A stretch of 64,000 nt of DNA. It comes from Gemmatimonadota bacterium (GTDB lineage Bacteria; Gemmatimonadota; Gemmatimonadetes; Gemmatimonadales; GWC2-71-9). Positions 48,492-59,087 of the stretch are shown in pieces. The DNA lies in contig JBDHAB010000011.1 in assembly GCA_039588295.1 (NCBI GenBank), forward strand, positions 13,676 through 77,675. Direction: 5' to 3'. Under the pieces are notes generated by a model. The model was not told the origin of the DNA and did not search any database. It saw only the letters and a list, made by a program, of their open reading frames with translations. The position numbers and the translations under genes were made by a program. Position 1 is the stretch's first letter; each line of letters opens with the position of its first letter.

Positions 48492-49316
48492 CTCGCGCGG
48501 GATCACCCCCACAATCCGCAGCGGCCCTCCGCTCCCACCCACGATCTTCATCGGCAACGCGACGACGTAGGCCCCGGTCGCAGGCATCTTCTCGAGCGCG
48601 GCCACGTTCTCGAAGGCCGGAACGTTCTCGGCGTAGAGAACTTGGTGACTCTCGAACAGCGTCGACTGCCCGTAGTCGATACTCGGGGTGTCGATTCCCA
48701 GTGCATCAATCTGCCGGTTCTCCACCAGCCAGCGGGCGGCATCGGGGTGGAGCCCGGGGAAGTGCAGCTCGGGTACGGCGTCGGCACCGGTCAGTGTAGT
48801 GCCGAGGTAGCGGCCGCGGTCGGGCCACCGGCTCCCCCAACCTGTGCGCAACAACAGCACGGCACCGCCCGGGATCGGACCGTGGCTCGCCTCCCACGCT
48901 TCGAGGTCGCTCACGCTGACTTGATAATCCGGGCTGGACACGGCGACGGCACTGACGTCGACCACCACCGCGGCGCCGACTACGCGATCGATCTCCACCT
49001 GATCGGCGGTGTGCCTGCCCTCGGCAAAATGGATCGGTGCGTCGAGGTGCGTACCGCCATGCTCGGCCACGCAAAAGTTGTTCGCCGCATAGTAGTACCC
49101 TCCCTCGGTCATGCCCGCCGCCACCACCTCAAGCTCGAACGGCTGTGCCGTGGGCCAGAACACGGTGGCTTCGTCGTAGGCGTAGCTGAGGTCGACCCAC
49201 TCGGCCCCTTGACCCGAGAACACCGCAGCCACGGTCTCACTGGTCGTAGGCTCGCCGGACTGGCATCCCCCGGACACGGACACGGCGATCACGAACACTA
49301 CGCTCGCATGTCGCAT
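48483..49316 (-). CDS. Cyclase family (kynurenine formamidase-like) metal hydrolase, probable lipoprotein
   Basis: HGGTHLDAP, RTGW, GIDTPSID, FEN, GGSGGPLR. Confidence 0.88.
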   Translation of the reverse strand: MRHASVVFVIAVSVSGGCQSGEPTTSETVAAVFSGQGAEWVDLSYAYDEATVFWPTAQPFELEVVAAGMTEGGYYYAANNFCVAEHGGTHLDAPIHFAEGRHTADQVEIDRVVGAAVVVDVSAVAVSSPDYQVSVSDLEAWEASHGPIPGGAVLLLRTGWGSRWPDRGRYLGTTLTGADAVPELHFPGLHPDAARWLVENRQIDALGIDTPSIDYGQSTLFESHQVLYAENVPAFENVAALEKMPATGAYVVALPMKIVGGSGGPLRIVGVIPRESL

Positions 49317-49480
49317 GTGGATCCTCCTCGCGATCCGCCCTGCAGTCACGGCGTCATGGACGCGGATGTCGTTGTCGATCCCGATCGAGTCGAGCGCGAT
49401 GGCAAAGGGCACCCCACTCCCGTTGCCGCGTGAGAACGTCACCGGCCGGTTAGGATGCTAACTCGTGGATCGCCTCACCC

Positions 49481-50368
49481 TCACGCTTCATCATTGTGCA
49501 CCGCCCGCCCGACAATGATGGTGATGTTGTCGGTGCCGCCATCGTCGAGCGCATCCTGGAGCAGTGCCTCACACACCTGTTTCGCAGAGGTCATCGTGCC
49601 GAGGCGTTCGGCGATCTGCTCGTCGGACACGTGCTTTGTGAGGCCGTCGCTGCACAGCAGACCGACGCTCTTCCACGATTGTCTGATCCGGGTCACGACT
49701 GGAGCCGCCTCGTGCCCGCCGATCGCGCTCGACAACACGTTGGCCCACCGCGAATTCATGATCTCCGATCGCTCGACCACCCCCTGGTCGACCAACGCCT
49801 GCGCCATCGTCTGGTCCCGGCTGATCTGCGTGAGCTGGCCGCCGTGAAACACGTAACAGCGGCTGTCACCCACCTGGAGGAGGTACGACCACGGCCACAC
49901 TCCGATCCACAACGTCAGGGTGGTCGCCATACCACGTCGGCTGGGATCTCCCTCTGCTCGGTCCAAGACCGTGCTGTGGCACTGCATGGCCGCTTCCTGC
50001 AGTGCATCGAAAAAGGACTTCTCGTCCCGTGAATCGGCCGTATAGTAGCAGCTCATCCCGTACGCCGCGTACTGCGACGCGACCTCCACCGTGAGCCGGC
50101 TTGCCTCTCCACCCTTCTCTCCGCTCCCCACCCCGTCCGCGACCATCGCGAGATACGCGAGGCGCTCGCCAGCAAGCGGAAGCTGCTCGACGTCAGGCAG
50201 GCTCGTGTAATGCACCTCCATGAGCTTGCGCAGCGAACCGATCAAGAAGTGATCCTGGTTCGTCTGCCGCACGAGTCCGGGGTGCGTCAGTCCGTACACG
50301 TCCACTTCGTCGTCGAGCGGCTTGCGGCTGAGCGTGCCAAGCACTGCGGCGACATCAGATGGTTTCAT
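49481..50368 (-). CDS. PP2C family Ser/Thr phosphatase
   Basis: RQTNQD, VADGVG, GMATT, VGDSR, LCSDGL, DNIT. Confidence 0.93.
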   Translation of the reverse strand: MKPSDVAAVLGTLSRKPLDDEVDVYGLTHPGLVRQTNQDHFLIGSLRKLMEVHYTSLPDVEQLPLAGERLAYLAMVADGVGSGEKGGEASRLTVEVASQYAAYGMSCYYTADSRDEKSFFDALQEAAMQCHSTVLDRAEGDPSRRGMATTLTLWIGVWPWSYLLQVGDSRCYVFHGGQLTQISRDQTMAQALVDQGVVERSEIMNSRWANVLSSAIGGHEAAPVVTRIRQSWKSVGLLCSDGLTKHVSDEQIAERLGTMTSAKQVCEALLQDALDDGGTDNITIIVGRAVHNDEA

Positions 50369-50559
50369 GTTGGGTCTCCAGCGCCCGGCTGCGAGCCTTA
50401 AGCCCGACTCACAGCTGGATGCCCGATCAGCGGGATTCCGTATTATGTAGCGCTGTCCGGAAACAGGCCAGGACGGGTGCGGGAGGAACTCCAGTCGTCC
50501 AGCGGTGTTTCTTCGTTCGCCCGCCGCAGACGCGACGGCAACTCACAGGAGGAACGACG

Positions 50560-51807
50560 ATGGACGGTACCCACCACGTAACGCACGCAGTACTCCTCTC
50601 CAGCCTCGCCCTGATCGCGAGCGTCGGCACCGCGCATGCGCAGGACCCCACGCTCGTCGAGCGGATCGGTCGCCGGCTGGAGCGCGTCCGCGGGGAACTC
50701 ATCGAGGTGCGTCGTGACATCCATCGGCACCCGGAGGTCTCGGGCCAAGAGGAACGGACGGCTGCGCTGGTTGCGGCCCGATTGCGGGCGCTGGGTCTCG
50801 AGGTCCAGACGGGAATCGGGGGACATGGAGTCGTGGGTCTCCTTCGAGGGGGCGAGCCCGGACCTGTCGTAGCCTACCGCGCAGATATGGACGCCGTGTT
50901 CTCGCAGGCACCGGATCCAGCGCCCTTCGCGTCGGAGAATGCCGGCGTCCGTCATATCTGTGGCCACGATATTCACACCACCGTTGGGCTAGGCATTGCG
51001 GAGGCGCTCACCGAGGTCAGGGATGCGCTCCCAGGTACGGTCAAGTTCATCTTCCAGCCCGCCGAGGAGAATGTGCGGGGCGCGTGGGCCATGATCGAAG
51101 ACGGCGTGCTCGAAGATCCCGCGCCCACGGCGATCTTTGCGGTCCACTCCGCGCCGCTCGAAGTCGGACAGCTCGGCAGCGTCGAGGGTCTGGCTCTCCC
51201 CGGTCTCGACCGCGTCGTGGTCACCGTCCGCGGCGAGGAGGAGCTGGCAGACGCAGCCGGGGCCTACGCCCGAGCCGTACGTTCCGCCAGCACTGGCGAA
51301 GAGGTCGCTCCGGAGGACTTCGTGATCGCCATGGTCGGCCGGCCACGGGCCGGAACCGAAAGCCGGGAGTGGGTCGTCGCGGGCATGGTGCGGGCCGGAA
51401 GCAAGGAAGCACGGGCCCGCGCGCGCCGGCAGATCGAGGAGCGCCTCGCCGCAATCCGCCGACCGGGGATCTCCTACGAACTCAGCTACGAGGATCTCGT
51501 ACTGCCCGACATGTTCAACGAACCGGAACTCGTCCGCTCGATGCTCGAGACGATCCGTTCGGTGGTGGGCCCGGAGGGATTGGTGGTATCCAACACGGTG
51601 ACGCCGTACTTCAGCGAGGACTTTGCCCACTTTCAGCAGCACATTCCTGGTGCCATGTACTGGCTCGGCGTCTCGAACGCCGAACTCGGATATGTCGGCA
51701 TGCCGCACAGCCCCGGTTTCATGGCCGACGAGCAATCGATAATCGTGGGTGCCCAGGCGATGGCGGCGGTGCTCCTCGCCTACCTCGAGGCGCAGAAATC
51801 ACCATAG
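50560..51807 (+). CDS. M20 family amidohydrolase with a signal peptide
   Basis: RRDIHRHPE, RADMDA, HICGHD, QPAEE, SEDF, PHSP; AGGAGG RBS. Confidence 0.9.
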   Translation: MDGTHHVTHAVLLSSLALIASVGTAHAQDPTLVERIGRRLERVRGELIEVRRDIHRHPEVSGQEERTAALVAARLRALGLEVQTGIGGHGVVGLLRGGEPGPVVAYRADMDAVFSQAPDPAPFASENAGVRHICGHDIHTTVGLGIAEALTEVRDALPGTVKFIFQPAEENVRGAWAMIEDGVLEDPAPTAIFAVHSAPLEVGQLGSVEGLALPGLDRVVVTVRGEEELADAAGAYARAVRSASTGEEVAPEDFVIAMVGRPRAGTESREWVVAGMVRAGSKEARARARRQIEERLAAIRRPGISYELSYEDLVLPDMFNEPELVRSMLETIRSVVGPEGLVVSNTVTPYFSEDFAHFQQHIPGAMYWLGVSNAELGYVGMPHSPGFMADEQSIIVGAQAMAAVLLAYLEAQKSP

Positions 51808-51858
51808 ATATGCTCAGTAATTTCCGCTCGGGGTGAAGCGTGAGAGCTGACTCCGGGG

Positions 51859-53193
51859 CTAGGCTTCGGTGATCCCGGCCTTCTGCGATCGACGAAGGGT
51901 CATCGCGAGAAGGAACACCACCGCCGTGATCGCCGCCGACAGGACAAACACGACCGCCCCCAACACTCCATAGAGCAACCCGCCAGCCAAGAGGCCCACA
52001 ATGCTCGCCACGGCCGCGCAGCTGCTGGCGAAGCCCTGCACCGCACCCTGCACGCGTTGATCGGTCGCCTTGGAGATGACGGCGAGGAGCGACGGCCACA
52101 TGACCCCATTGCCGAGCGCGAGAACGGCGGTACCGACGTAGATGGATAGCGTGCTCCGCGAGACGAAGAACAGGAAACTCGCCGCAAGCAGCAGGCTGCC
52201 GCCGAGGATCAGGAGCTGATCAGGCCACATCTTGGATGCGCGCTTGAGCACGGGTCCCTGCACCACCACCAGCATGAGCCCCATGGCCGAGAAGAAGATG
52301 CCGGTGTCGGTCAACGACCACTCCAGGGTGGTTGCGGCGTGGATGGGAAACGCGATGTAGAACAGATTGAAGGCCAGGAACACCAGGAAGTACACACTCA
52401 GGAGGAGCGGGATGGAGGGAAGGGCGAGTATCTGTCGCATGGAGAGCTTCGGTGCGCCCTTGAGCTGAAAGCACTCCTTCTGCTCCTGGCCCATCACCTT
52501 GCGCACGTTCGCGTGTTCCGGATCTACCTCGAGCGTGCAACGCTGCGTCTCGTGGAGCTTCAATGCAATGATCAAGCTCGCCACCACAGAGATGAGGAGT
52601 GCCGCCGTGACCGGGAGCACCTCACCCAGCACCGTGGCACCCAACGCGCCCGCAATGGCGGGCCCGAGCACGAACCCCAGGTTCGCGGACACGGCCATCC
52701 TGCCGAAGTTGGCGCTTCTCTCGTTGTCGTCGGTGATGTCGGCCAGATAGGCATTCGCAACCGACACGTTGCCGCCGGTGATACCGTCGAGCGCACGGGC
52801 AAAGAACAAGACCGCGAGGGGTAGCGTAATCGTGAATGCTCCGAGCAGCCGTGATTCCACCGCCAGCATCGGCGTAACCGGCAGTGCAAGCGCCACCAGA
52901 AAGATCGCCCACGACGTGAGCGTGCCGAGTTGGCTCAGGAGCAGGATGCGCTTTCTGCCGTACCGATCCGACCACCGGCCGAGGATCGGCGCGCCGATCA
53001 ATTGAAAGAAGGAATACGTGGCGCCCATGATGCCGTAGACGAGCGCGTTGCCGCCAAATCGAGTAACCAGAAACACGAGAAATGGCAGGACGATGCTGAA
53101 GCCCAGCGTGCCGACGAAGTTCACCGAGAGAATCGGATAGATCGACGGCTTCGGGGCAGCGGCGGTCGTCAAGCTAGCTCGTCTCCCTGCCAA
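51859..53193 (-). CDS. MFS transporter (TetA/DHA1-like)
   Basis: GRWSDRYGRK motif A, ARALDG, GPAIAG; about 12 TM helices. Confidence 0.9.
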   Translation of the reverse strand: MAGRRASLTTAAAPKPSIYPILSVNFVGTLGFSIVLPFLVFLVTRFGGNALVYGIMGATYSFFQLIGAPILGRWSDRYGRKRILLLSQLGTLTSWAIFLVALALPVTPMLAVESRLLGAFTITLPLAVLFFARALDGITGGNVSVANAYLADITDDNERSANFGRMAVSANLGFVLGPAIAGALGATVLGEVLPVTAALLISVVASLIIALKLHETQRCTLEVDPEHANVRKVMGQEQKECFQLKGAPKLSMRQILALPSIPLLLSVYFLVFLAFNLFYIAFPIHAATTLEWSLTDTGIFFSAMGLMLVVVQGPVLKRASKMWPDQLLILGGSLLLAASFLFFVSRSTLSIYVGTAVLALGNGVMWPSLLAVISKATDQRVQGAVQGFASSCAAVASIVGLLAGGLLYGVLGAVVFVLSAAITAVVFLLAMTLRRSQKAGITEA

Positions 53194-53554
53194 TCAGCTC
53201 CTCAACGAGTTGCTGTACCTCGTCCACGCCGTAGGGCTTTTCCAGGCGCCGCACGGCGCCCAGATTCTCCGCGGCTCGGAGCAGGTCGAGAGCCTTTCCA
53301 CCAAACGCCCCACCCGACATCGCAACGATCTTGGTGTCCGGAGTCTGGAGCATCAGTTTGGGAATCAGCTCAAGGCCGTCCATCCTCGGCATGAACAGGT
53401 CCACGAACGCCAATGCGAATGGCTGCGTCGTGACGGTGTTCAGCGCGTCCACGCCGTCCTTTGCCACTGCGACATCGTGACCCATCCGACCGAGGATCTT
53501 ACTCAAGGTCGCGCGTTGACGGGGATCGTCGTCAACTACGAGGATATGAGCCAT
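53174..53554 (-). CDS. Single-domain response regulator
   Basis: ILVVDDD, DLFMPRMDG, MSG, KP. Confidence 0.9.
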   Translation of the reverse strand: MAHILVVDDDPRQRATLSKILGRMGHDVAVAKDGVDALNTVTTQPFALAFVDLFMPRMDGLELIPKLMLQTPDTKIVAMSGGAFGGKALDLLRAAENLGAVRRLEKPYGVDEVQQLVEELIGRETS

Positions 53555-53633
53555 GGACTGCCCTCCATGCACTTCTGCCGGCCGACAGTCGGCGACCGCC
53601 GCCGTGCCATCATTACCTTGCCCCACTCCACAC

Positions 53634-54803
53634 TCACGTCATCAGATTACACAAGTAGGCCGTTGCGACACCCAAGTAGTTCCCCAGTGCGTAGCCGACC
53701 AGCGCCAACATGATCGAGATCGGCACCAACTCCTCGCGATGATACCCGGCAGCGACCGGTGCAGAGGCCGCGCCACCAACCGCGGCGACGCTCGCGACAG
53801 CTGCCATGCTCACATCAAGCCGAAACAGCCGGGCTCCAATGACGACGAAGACAAGATGAAATAGGATGCATACGAAGCCGGCAACGAGGAACCATTGCGC
53901 TCCACCGATGTTGCGTAGGTCGGCCTGTGCACCCAGCATCGTCATGTAGATGTAGACCAACCCCATGGCCAATGGCTCGGTGCCGGGCACGTTCTTGAGT
54001 CGCGTCGCAGAGAGAAGGATCCCAAACGTGGTAACGAGCAGAATGGCCCAGGTTCTCTCCGTGAACACCGGGGGAATCGCGGGCAGGACCGCTGCGAGTT
54101 GGTTCGCGGCAAGGATCGTGGTGAAGCCGAAGCCCAACAGCACCAGGACGTCGCGAAAGTGCACTTCATGAGACTTCTTCTCCACCTGCGCCTGGGTCTC
54201 GGTAATGTGATCGATGAGTCCCTGCGACACACCGGTGAACCGGTTGAAGCTCTTCGCCCAGCGCTTGCACGTCAGGATCAGCGGGAAGTAGAAGACGTAC
54301 ACGAAGTTGTCCACCAGCACGACCATCCCGACCATTTCGCCCGGCGTGTCGAGGCTCTCCGCCACCGCGGCTAAGTTACCGGTGCCGCCGATCCAGCTTC
54401 CGGCCAGCGCACCGTATCCTCTCCAGGTATCGGGCGGAAGACCGTTGCGGAATAGGTAAAACGAGATGGCCGCCCCCACGACGATGCCGATGGCCCCAAG
54501 CACCAGCACGCCGGCCCCACGCCACGCCACTCTGATCGCCTGCCGGATGTTGATGTCCAACAGCATCAGCACGATGAACATCGGTACGGCGAACGACCGG
54601 AAGGTCGTGTAGATGGGTGTAGATCTGGGGATGACGTTGAGGTTACTGAGGAAGATCGGGGTGAGGAAGATCCAGATGATGGCCGGGAGGATGTTGAACA
54701 CCTTCCACTTGGTCGTTCGCTCCAGCCAAAGGAAGAGGACCGGGATCATCGTGATCACGGCCATCACGCCGATGAGTTCGGTGAAGAAAGGTTCTGCGGT
54801 CAT
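53634..54803 (-). CDS. DUF819 family membrane protein
   Basis: GSWIGGTGN, VGGAASAP, GYALGNY. Confidence 0.85.
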   Translation of the reverse strand: MTAEPFFTELIGVMAVITMIPVLFLWLERTTKWKVFNILPAIIWIFLTPIFLSNLNVIPRSTPIYTTFRSFAVPMFIVLMLLDINIRQAIRVAWRGAGVLVLGAIGIVVGAAISFYLFRNGLPPDTWRGYGALAGSWIGGTGNLAAVAESLDTPGEMVGMVVLVDNFVYVFYFPLILTCKRWAKSFNRFTGVSQGLIDHITETQAQVEKKSHEVHFRDVLVLLGFGFTTILAANQLAAVLPAIPPVFTERTWAILLVTTFGILLSATRLKNVPGTEPLAMGLVYIYMTMLGAQADLRNIGGAQWFLVAGFVCILFHLVFVVIGARLFRLDVSMAAVASVAAVGGAASAPVAAGYHREELVPISIMLALVGYALGNYLGVATAYLCNLMT

Positions 54804-55056
54804 CGAGGCTCCTCACACGGTCTCGGAAACTCACCACTCGGCCGCCTGAGCACCAGCCAGGCCGCGTTGGGCCAAACGCTACCACGGTTGTACCGACTCG
54901 GCATTCGGATGTGCCCCTGGGGAGGAGGAACGGCCACCCGGGCCGGGGGTAGCTCCTGGTAGGGATACTGTTCACGGTGTTCTTCAACGGCGGTGACACA
55001 TGCCTTCCCGTCGACGGCGGCATTCGGATGGCGCTCTTCAGCGCCAACTTCGCTGG

Positions 55057-55884
55057 ATGGGCCCTCTTCTTCGATCGGCTCCCCTTGCGATCATCGCTCC
55101 ACTCGTACTGGCCTCGTGCGCCCGGCCCGGATCAGTCGTTCCGTTGGACGTCACCCTGCCCCAGCATGTGTGGAGCCCACCGCTCGCCTATCCACCAGCC
55201 ATGGTCAAGGCGGGCATCGAGGGCTCCGTGCTGCTCGAGGCCGTAGTCGATACCTCCGGCAACGTCGTCCCGGGCACGATCCGTGTGATTGCCTCGTCGG
55301 ACGACGCGTTCGAGCCTCCCGCCGTGGCGATGCTGCGGGAATCCCGGTTTAGGCCTAGTCGCGCCGAAGGCCAGCTCGCCCAGGTGCTCGTTCGAATCCC
55401 CGTAAAGTTCGAGCTTCAGCGCGACGAGGCCGTGACCTCGGCGGATAGCGCAGCGGCCGTCAGCCAGATGATGCAAGCAGAGCGTCTGGCGAGGGACGGT
55501 CACGTTGCCGAGGCGATGTCGGCATACCGAGACGCACAAGCCCTCGACCCGCGGCCTGCACGCTCCGCATCGTTTTGGCTACCGCTGTGCTGGTATGGAA
55601 GCCTCTGGGAGCAAGCGGCCGAGGTTCTTTGGACCTGCGACCACGTGGTCGCACTTGCTCCAAATCAGGGGTGGGCCAGGGATGCGCGCGGCGTCGCTAG
55701 AGCCTTGGCCGGCGATACCCAGGGGGCGATTGACGATCTGTCGGCCTTTGCTCGCTGGACGATGAGCAACCAGGAGCGGTCGGAACGTCTCGCCTGGGTA
55801 GCGTCACTGCGGGCGGGGCAGAATCCGTTCACGGCCGACGTGCTGGCCTCACTCCGCAGCAGAGAGCGGGGGGTCTTCCCCTAG
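55057..55884 (+). CDS. Lipoprotein with a TonB C-terminal domain and TPR region
   Basis: Lipobox LASC; YPPAMVKAGIEGSV..VD..F..RFRP; RDARGVARALAGD TPR. Confidence 0.75.
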   Translation: MGPLLRSAPLAIIAPLVLASCARPGSVVPLDVTLPQHVWSPPLAYPPAMVKAGIEGSVLLEAVVDTSGNVVPGTIRVIASSDDAFEPPAVAMLRESRFRPSRAEGQLAQVLVRIPVKFELQRDEAVTSADSAAAVSQMMQAERLARDGHVAEAMSAYRDAQALDPRPARSASFWLPLCWYGSLWEQAAEVLWTCDHVVALAPNQGWARDARGVARALAGDTQGAIDDLSAFARWTMSNQERSERLAWVASLRAGQNPFTADVLASLRSRERGVFP

Positions 55885-55894
55885 GCGATCGTTG

Positions 55895-57859
55895 CTAGCG
55901 CGGCCGCGCTCCGTTGCCGACCAGTTCCATGTAACTCTGCGCGTAGTGGAGCGCGAAGCCCGCAAACGACGAGTACCGCTGAAACTCAACGGCCGTCCCT
56001 TCCATCACGGCCTCCAGGCGTCGTGCATCGTGCCGCGCGAAGGTGATCTTGTCCGCCGGCACCTCCACACGCTTGCTGACCGGCCACCACCGGGCCACGT
56101 GCGGATCCAGTCCCTGACGCTCCATCCACTGGGTGATCGCCACGAGACCCGCGTCGCCCGGCTCCAAAGCGCCCGCCACATAGGCCACGTGGACGGAGTC
56201 GCGCGCAGGAGCGAGCACGACGAAATCTTCGGCCGGTGCGGTCTCGGGCAGGCCGCGTCTCGGCTCGCCACGGAAATCCAGCAGCACTTCGTCCGGCAAC
56301 TCGAATGTCTCGAGCGCGACGAACACCGGCTTGCCCAGCGCCGCGGCGTATTCGAGCTCACCGCTCGCGTGCCGGATGGTGCCATCCGCACCATAGGCCA
56401 CCGTGCGATAGTCCATGATCGCGACGTCATCCGCCAAATCGATGATGTGTTCGTTGACAGGCTTGTCGACCCCACGGAACTCCACCGTAACTCTCTCGTA
56501 CGTATCGTCTGACAGCGTATCATACCAGAAGGGAATGTCCGCACCGTAGGCAAGACCACCGGAGCGCGCGCGCGCGGCCGACTTCGCCGTGAGTTCCAGC
56601 AACCCCTGAAGCAGCACAGCGCGCCGAGGGCCGTGGAATGCCGGGAGCAGGTAGGGCTCGATGTCGTAGCGAATACCGTAAAAGCGCTCCTGCTCGGCCG
56701 ACTGCCGATTGTAGCGGATTACGTGGTCCACCGTCTTGAGCACGCCGTCATGAAACTCCGGCAGTGCATACGGCGCATACCCGTCGAGCGCGTACACGCG
56801 CATTCCCCGCCGATGGAATGCTGCGACCAGCGGCCGCATCGCCACGGCATCGATTTGCAGCTCACCGGGATCGCTCGGCTGGCCGGCGACGCCGGGAAGC
56901 TGGAGAAACACCCGGTCGAACCCGTCCCGCTCCAGAAAATCGAGCAACTCCGCCTGCCCATCGGAGTCGTCGAGCAGTTCCGCCGTATTCCACACCCATG
57001 TCGCCTTGTGCGGCACACGGACGGACTCCGCTGAGCGCTCGGGTTCCGGCAACGGCGGAAGCCCGTCCGGTTGCATGGAGAACGCAACGGGACCGAGGTC
57101 CACGCTGGAAGTCCCGGCAGCCGTGGCCTCGAACACAATCATTGCGAGCCTCGCCCGCTCAATTCGCGAGGGAAAACGGTCGACTGGAACGACGGCCTGT
57201 TGCCACACCGTGTCCACCCGTCCCGCGGGAAGAAACTCTGCCACGTCTCCCACCGGCAGCGCGTCTTCCTTCATCTCCCACTCGGCATCGGCCGCCTTGA
57301 GCTGGAGTCGCTCTCCGCCGCTGTGCCCGCGAATCCAGAAACTCACCGTGGAGAAGGCGCGGCTGTCGAAGTAGCGTCGAGCGTCGGGCGCCGCTTCAAA
57401 GTCGTACAGTTGAATCCACAGACCACAGAACCCCGCCGTCTCTCGTTGGCAGGTCAGCTCCAGGGCTCGTCTTCCGTCAGGCGACCGGCCGACCGTAGCC
57501 GCAGCGAGCGACGGCGGACGATGAAACGTGCCGAAGTACCCACCGAGTGGCGTTCGATTAGCACGCGCGAAATCGCCAACCACGAAGCTGTTGCCCGAAA
57601 ACGAGGGAGTCAGGCTCTGCATGCTGACTTGCGGAACGGTGGGAAGGATATCCCACAACCTCCGGACCTCGAGGCGAGGACCATCGGGGTCGGCAACCAG
57701 CGCCACACGGCCGAACCGCACGTCCCCCACGCTGCGGATGTCCCACTCCGCACGCGCCACCGTGTGCGTCAGCGCGTGCGGGGGCGTGGCCTGAGGCAGC
57801 GCATCACACGCGAGGAGCGCGGTGAGTAACAGCTGAGAGAGCACGAAGCGTCGCATCAC
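55895..57859 (-). CDS. Hypothetical lipoprotein with a CBM-like domain and a glycoside-hydrolase-like TIM barrel
   Basis: Lipobox LLAC; FWIRG..GGE..WQQ CBM-like segment; ATWVWN, GIRYDIEPY, DIPFW, IMDYR. Confidence 0.65.
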   Translation of the reverse strand: MMRRFVLSQLLLTALLACDALPQATPPHALTHTVARAEWDIRSVGDVRFGRVALVADPDGPRLEVRRLWDILPTVPQVSMQSLTPSFSGNSFVVGDFARANRTPLGGYFGTFHRPPSLAAATVGRSPDGRRALELTCQRETAGFCGLWIQLYDFEAAPDARRYFDSRAFSTVSFWIRGHSGGERLQLKAADAEWEMKEDALPVGDVAEFLPAGRVDTVWQQAVVPVDRFPSRIERARLAMIVFEATAAGTSSVDLGPVAFSMQPDGLPPLPEPERSAESVRVPHKATWVWNTAELLDDSDGQAELLDFLERDGFDRVFLQLPGVAGQPSDPGELQIDAVAMRPLVAAFHRRGMRVYALDGYAPYALPEFHDGVLKTVDHVIRYNRQSAEQERFYGIRYDIEPYLLPAFHGPRRAVLLQGLLELTAKSAARARSGGLAYGADIPFWYDTLSDDTYERVTVEFRGVDKPVNEHIIDLADDVAIMDYRTVAYGADGTIRHASGELEYAAALGKPVFVALETFELPDEVLLDFRGEPRRGLPETAPAEDFVVLAPARDSVHVAYVAGALEPGDAGLVAITQWMERQGLDPHVARWWPVSKRVEVPADKITFARHDARRLEAVMEGTAVEFQRYSSFAGFALHYAQSYMELVGNGARPR

Positions 57860-57916
57860 GGATTCGATAATATAGATGGTTGGCCGCCATTCATCAGTCG
57901 GTTCGCCGGCCCTACC

Positions 57917-58195
57917 ATGGGTACACTTTGGTATACTTCCGGTATCCCTAGCAGGGACTTACTGCTGAGTTCAGTCGCCTACAGAGGTTTCACCATTACG
58001 GCGCGCACGTTCCAGATCCGGGGCTCCGGACGTTGGACCCTCGATCTGGTCATTCGTCATCGACGGGGCTTACGCGCGTTCAGCGGCACGACCACCTACG
58101 CCACGGAGGAAGCGGCTGTCAAGGGTTGTTGTGATTATGGGCGGCGCATCATCGACGGGCAGGTACCGGACTGTTCGGTCGACGATCTGGCCTGA
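57917..58195 (+). CDS. Small hypothetical protein
   Basis: YRGFTI..GRWT..TEEAA..GRRIIDG compact domain; start uncertain. Confidence 0.55.
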   Translation: MGTLWYTSGIPSRDLLLSSVAYRGFTITARTFQIRGSGRWTLDLVIRHRRGLRAFSGTTTYATEEAAVKGCCDYGRRIIDGQVPDCSVDDLA

Positions 58196-58201
58196 GACGC
58201 T

Positions 58202-59035
58202 GTGCCGCGTCTGACGCGCATCACGCCCCCCGCCTTCACCGTCCGGAACCGCCGCGTGCGACAATCGTGTCTGACCCCCTCCCACAAGCGCTTGATTGCC
58301 CGCGTGGTAGTGCTCGTTGCGCTGCTTGGACCGGCCGGAGCGGCCGCGCAGCAACCCGAGCAGCCGTGGCTCCCCGTTGCCACGTTCTCCATCGTTGGGT
58401 TGGATCCCGCAACCGGTGAGGTTGGGGTTGCCGTTCAATCCCGCGTTTTCTCGGTCGGCAACGGCGTCATCTGGGGCGAGGCGGGCGTCGGCGTCGTCGC
58501 GACCCAAGCGATCGTCGACGTGAGCTACGGACCGCAGGCCTTGGCCCTGTTGCGCGATGGCGTTACCCCCGCGCAGGCTGTCGAGCGCGTTCTTGCAGAC
58601 GATCCCGATCCCCATCCGAACCGGTGGAGCAAGCTCGGCCGGCAATTCTCGATCATGAACGCCAAGGGCGAGGTCGCTACGTACACGGGGCCACGCGCGT
58701 CGGCGTGGGCGGGTCACAAGATCGGTCGGTACTGTTCGGCTCAAGGTAATATCCTTGCCGGACCGGAAGTGGTCGATGACATGGTGCGTGCCTTCGAGGA
58801 CGCGGAAGGCCATCTGTCCTTCCGCCTCCTGGCGGCGCTAGAGGCCGGGCAAGCCGCGGGTGGCGACCGCCGGGGCGTACAGTCGGCCGCGATGCTGATC
58901 GTGAAGGAAGACGGCGGCGAGTGGCTCAACAACGATGTCGTGCTGCGGCTCCAGGTCGACGATCACGCCGAACCGATTCGCGAACTCCGCCGGCTGGTGG
59001 AGAAGGCCGCAGCGCAGCACGAGCGGCGACGCTAG
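58202..59035 (+). CDS. DUF1028 family (Ntn-hydrolase-like) secreted protein
   Basis: ATFSIV, ATQA, YTG, QGNIL, GGDRRG-QSAA, VDDH; start may lie downstream. Confidence 0.88.
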   Translation: MPRLTRITPPAFTVRNRRVRQSCLTPSHKRLIARVVVLVALLGPAGAAAQQPEQPWLPVATFSIVGLDPATGEVGVAVQSRVFSVGNGVIWGEAGVGVVATQAIVDVSYGPQALALLRDGVTPAQAVERVLADDPDPHPNRWSKLGRQFSIMNAKGEVATYTGPRASAWAGHKIGRYCSAQGNILAGPEVVDDMVRAFEDAEGHLSFRLLAALEAGQAAGGDRRGVQSAAMLIVKEDGGEWLNNDVVLRLQVDDHAEPIRELRRLVEKAAAQHERRR

Positions 59036-59087
59036 ACTCGGCGCGACCGGCCGACGCGCCGGGCGCGACGTTCGGGGAACGACCGCT

